Positions 51,140-55,753 of a DNA stretch of 55,753 nt are shown here, in pieces. The DNA lies in the NCBI RefSeq assembly GCF_001194135.2, contig NC_068981.1:51704525-51760277 (forward strand), read 5' to 3'. Position 1 is the first letter of the stretch. Every line of letters starts with the position of its first letter. This DNA is from Octopus bimaculoides. Its lineage: Eukaryota. The notes beneath the pieces were generated by a model, which was not told where the DNA came from, did not search any database, and worked only from the letters and a program-made list of their open reading frames with translations. Made by a program: the position numbers and the translations under genes.

Positions 51140-52242
51140 CAGCAGCAACAGCAGTAGCAGAGGCATCAGCAGCAACACCATCACCTTCGTCATAGCGTAT
51201 TTTTTCTGAACATTATAATTCTGGCGATAACCGAGTAACTGAGTAGAGCCTGATTATTGGATATTTTTCAATGTATCAGCTCATAAAGAATGTTCATGAC
51301 GTTTTGCGTTTTGTTGTGTTTGTCTGTAGATACATAAATTCCATGCATACATGTATCCACTAATCTAAGTACTCATATATGCATTGATATATGCATTTAT
51401 GAAAACATTTTTAAATCCTCACTTACTGTATTTGCTTATTAGGTTATGCACAACCCCTAAATAAACCAATGTTATACGTTTCACCTCCTAAGGATTTCTT
51501 ATTTTAGGATTCATTTTCTTAACCCAAATAAAAACCGAGGTTAGTATCGATAAGGTGTTACCATTCACGTCCACATTTTCAGTATTTCCACATCGTTTAA
51601 ATTTCCATAGTATTTCATCTTTGTTACAGCATTTTGATTATTTTGTATGACGTACCATATCAAGTTGGATTTTAATTTTCGGAAAATATTGCTCTCTTCA
51701 TAGAGCAATCACCTTGTCCATATAAGATATATATCTCAAGATTATCGTTATATTGCCCCTTTTTTGATATTGACTCATGCATACTGTTTCACAATATAGT
51801 ACGCGGATTTATTTGGTAATTATTATAAGTATCCGGGTGTTCTAGTATGTCTGTGTAACTATTTGACACAACACTATAGAAGACGCGCCGCTTTAAGTGC
51901 TTTTTTATTGTTTCAGCAAACTGCTTACATGTATATCGTTTAGAGACTCTTGATAGTGTTTTCATGTTGCTCCTGTCAGCCATGATCGAGTTGACTTATA
52001 ATATAAGGCACTTACTTGAACAATTGATTTTATCCACAGATTCAGTGCTGTATATACGTCTAGTCTTGACATTTTGAGGATTCCACTACGTACTTTAGTA
52101 TTCAATGGCGAATGAGATACTGCGTTCGCATTTTTGTAGAATGTTTCCTATGTCTATGCTGTTCTTTAGCGCCAACTCTGAACTGTTAAAGCCGGTGAAT
52201 GATTAAAGTCCATCCAGCTATTACCGCCCCATTTTTTTTCTC

Positions 52243-52334
52243 TACATTTTCCAATACGTTTCTTACATTTTCCAATACGTCTCTTACATTTTCCAATACG
52301 TCTCTTCAGACACTACATTTTCCAATACGTCTCT
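52243..52334. repeat. 21-bp minisatellite (TACATTTTCCAATACGTCTCT) x4
   Basis: Three adjacent units, an 8-nt interruption (TCAGACAC), then a fourth unit. Confidence 0.95.
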
Positions 52335-55047
52335 TAAGACAATTTTTAAGATGGAGATATATAGTTGAACCGAAAATATAGTTGCTAATTCTGTAAGTTC
52401 GAGCGACTACGTAATATTTTTCTGATTGTTTCTGTAACTTTTGGTATTGTGAAAAACGTAGGCGGGAAAGGATTAAATTGGCTGGAAAATATCAGTTACT
52501 GTTCCTTCTGTTCGAATCCCTAGTCATGAACATAGTCTTTAAAATTGATTATAGCTGTGCTACTATAGTTGTGGGTATGTGCGTTTATTTAGAATGATAG
52601 CAGAGATGGTTTTTTTTTTAGGGTCGGTAGTAGTATTTTGAGATGACAAAATTGTGTGTATGCCTGTCTGTCTGCCTATCTGTCTGTGTTTTTGTGTCTG
52701 TCTGTCTGCCTATTTGTTTGTGTGTATGTATGTACGCGCATGTGTGTATGCGTGTAGTTTTGCGCGTGATTGAACATAGAGTATTATCGGTTACTGAAAT
52801 TAGTGCTTAGTGTGATATCGGACGGGTGGTCCACACATGCCCAATCTTTCATTTTCAGTATTTTTCTGCTGTTTTAAACATGTATTTGGATGCAGTATAT
52901 ATGCGTTGTATTTATTGATGTGTTGTGCATGTTTCCAGAGAGTTTTATATTTTGCTATGTAATTGCATATCAATGTTAAGGATCAATTCGGCACTGTCAT
53001 ATTCCTTGAAAGATGTAAGTTTTACTTAGTTACTACTTCTTGATAATAGCAAATGCCGTGTCTAGAATCTCAAAATGGACGTATGTATCGACTACAAAAC
53101 TTAGAATTATAACCTCCCACAAAACACTACTGTCTTAAACACAGAAAATATACTGGAAAGTATAAATCTAAAGCTAATAATGCCGGAAATAAGTCGATAT
53201 TTAGTACTGAGTTACTACCATTGTTTTACAGCTATCAGACTGCTGACTGTTTAGACTTGAGTTGACAGCAATGACTATATAGTATTTATGCCACAATATT
53301 ATTCAGTTATTCTTTGGGGATACTTCCTATGGTGAAGTTTCTTTAACCAGTTATTATATTTATATGTCTTTGTGCGGCGTTGTTTTATTTCTGTTTCAAT
53401 GTTACTGCTGATTTCTGTGTTACAGAAGTCTGTCTGATCTCTCTGAATCTCTACGGACATATTAAAACTGTTTACTTTTATCGAACTTCTCAAACTCTTC
53501 TAGAATCTTTTTCTCTTTATTATTATTTTTATCTTTATCATTTCTTATTTTTGAGATAGTATCTCGCTTAGATTTTAACCCGACTCTTAACAATTATGTT
53601 TCTATCAAGATAAAGCCGATATACGGCTGCATCTACCTTAACAGGAAAGACATGGCTGAGTATCTGGCTACACGACACATTATTATATATTCTATGTACC
53701 CTAACAATTCACATACGGTTGCGATTGAGTTTTACTTCAATCAGTACACTTGTGATGACGTGCCTTGCAAATATTAGGGAGAAAAAATCGCTAGTTTTGC
53801 CTAGTGTAACTGTATGTTTTTATCTAAATCAAAGCCATCTCCTGGGCGCAATCCTTAAGTTTCATTTCATTTTTCTTCGATCTTACAATTTTATGTGTAT
53901 TGACTTTCTCTAAATTGCTTGTGAATTTGTTACTGATTATTTGTTCTGCTATATTAAGGCTCTTTTATATGATTTCGTTTCGATTACAGTCAGAAGTGCT
54001 TCACCGTACATCAAATATATATTTCTTTCAATTTGATACTTTAATGATGGAGACCTTTGCCTCAAAACGTGTAGCTTTAGTTTTCATAACTCTAAATTTC
54101 TGAACTTAGGTTAAGCAAATGATAAAACATTTCATGAAATTCCTCTCTTTGAAATACTTTATGGCTTTGTCTTTATTTAATTTTGATTATATATATTTAT
54201 ATGGGCGTGTAGAGATACATATATGTATGTGTGTGCGTATGTATGTATATATATCTATATATATATATATATATATNNNNNNNNNNNNNNNNNNNNNNNN
54301 NNNNNNNNNNNNNNNNNNNNNNNNNNNNNNNNNNNNNNNNNNNNNNNNNNNNNNNNNNNNNNNNNNNNNNNNNNNNNNNNNNNNNNNNNNNNNNNNNNNN
54401 NNNNNNNNNNNNNNNNNNNNNNNNNNNNNNNNNNNNNNNNNNNNNNNNNNNNNNNNNNNNNNNNNNNNNNNNNNNNNNNNNNNNNNNNNNNNNNNNNNNN
54501 NNNNNNNNNNNNNNNNNNNNNNNNNNNNNNNNNNNNNNNNNNNNNNNNNNNNNNNNNNNNNNNNNNNNNNNNNNNNNNNNNNNNNNNNNNNNNNNNNNNN
54601 NNNNNNNNNNNNNNNNNNNNNNNNNNNNNNNNNNNNNNNNNNNNNNNNNNNNNNNNNNNNNNNNNNNNNNNNNNNNNNNNNNNNNNNNNNNNNNNNNNNN
54701 NNNNNNNNNNNNNNNNNNNNNNNNNNNNNNNNNNNNNNNNNNNNNNNNNNNNNNNNNNNNNNNNNNNNNNNNNNNNNNNNNNNNNNNNNNNNNNNNNNNN
54801 NNNNNNNNNNNNNNNNNNNNNNNNNNNNNNNNNNNNNNNNNNNNNNNNNNNNNNNNNNNNNNNNNNNNNNNNNNNNNNNNNNNNNNNNNNNNNNNNNNNN
54901 NNNNNNNNNNNNNNNNNNNNNNNNNNNNNNNNNNNNNNNNNNNNNNNNNNNNNNNNNNNNNNNNNNNNNNNNNNNNNNNNNNNNNNNNNNNNNNNNNNNN
55001 NNNNNNNNNNNNNNNNNNNNNNNNNNNNNNNNNNNNNNNNNNNNNNN

Positions 55048-55086
<39 letters not shown>

Positions 55087-55159
55087 TAGATAGATAGATG
55101 TTATTTACGAACGAAAGAAGAAAAGAGTATCTAATATATGGTGTAAAGAATATTGTTTA

Positions 55160-55320
55160 TCTGAGTTCAAATTCTGAGTTCAAATTCCGTCTAGGTTGAC
55201 TTCAAGTTTTTATTCTTTCGGAGTCGATAAGATAAGTACCAATTGCGTACTAGGGTCAATGTAATCGGTTAGCCCCCTCCCCACAAATTTCAAGCCTTGT
55301 ACCTATGGGAGAAATGATTA
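55160..55320 (+). mobile_element. 5'-truncated SINE (996-1268 family) with duplicated B-box
   Basis: CTGAGTTCAAATT occurs twice (55161-55186), followed by GGAGTCGATAAGATAAGTACCAATTGCGTACTAGGGTC. Confidence 0.78.
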
Positions 55321-55714
55321 TTGTTGCGGCTGTTGTGTTTTTGGTAATCGTGTTGTTTATATTGTTGTATTTTTTTTTGTGTGCCTGCTAGTCTAAGACA
55401 GTAAAGTTCCTACTTCCATATTCGACATTTTGAGATGTCTCATTTTCAAGCATTGTAAGAGTTCTCATGTCGGCGCTGTTTCTTATATTCTGATTGAATT
55501 CATGTATACTTTATCCGCCAGCTATTACATTGGTCTACTAGCACAACGCTTTCTCGTAGGTTCACCCTGCATTTACAATAAGAGGCAATCTCGAGACAAT
55601 GTATTACACACCACAAAACAAAGTCAAATAGAAAAATACAAGATGATACTTGCGTACTCTGCAAAACTTCTGATGGAATATACAATTATAATTTATATTT
55701 TCAGTGTGTGAATG

Positions 55715-55753
<39 letters not shown>

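Noticed and set aside
54030-54080. Fifth hammerhead (TAATGATGG..CTCAAAACGTGTAG)
   Set aside because: Both core motifs are mutated and the stems are not convincing.

Overview
This is AT-rich, repeat-dense eukaryotic genomic DNA from a gapped draft assembly, with 10 N-runs totalling about 4 kb. The SINE and retroelement sequences resemble octopus/cephalopod repeats as I recall them, but this is not verified. No complete protein-coding gene, rRNA, tRNA gene or CRISPR array can be supported, and most ORFs in the track are microsatellite or N-run artefacts. The window is mostly decayed mobile elements: tRNA-derived SINEs, two mariner relics, a Tigger/pogo with both TIRs and TA TSDs, a Helitron helicase fragment, CR1/Jockey-type RT fragments, at least 8 fragments of RLE-endonuclease LINEs (mostly R4/Dong-like) mostly next to trinucleotide microsatellites, and several Penelope-like elements (PLEs). 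The most interesting signals are (i) four hammerhead-ribozyme-like motifs of the minimal PLE type, the best being a near-canonical one at 25687-25733 in a ~200-bp non-coding cassette between (TA)n tracts, and (ii) a 5'-truncated Penelope (RT + GIY-YIG) enclosed by inverted terminal copies at 45996-47615. Also seen are two foldback/MITE-like hairpins, an unclassified ~810-bp insertion with a 17-bp TSD, and weak host-gene exon candidates (a 21-nt microexon and a signal-peptide-like exon). I found no evidence of a new protein-based system.
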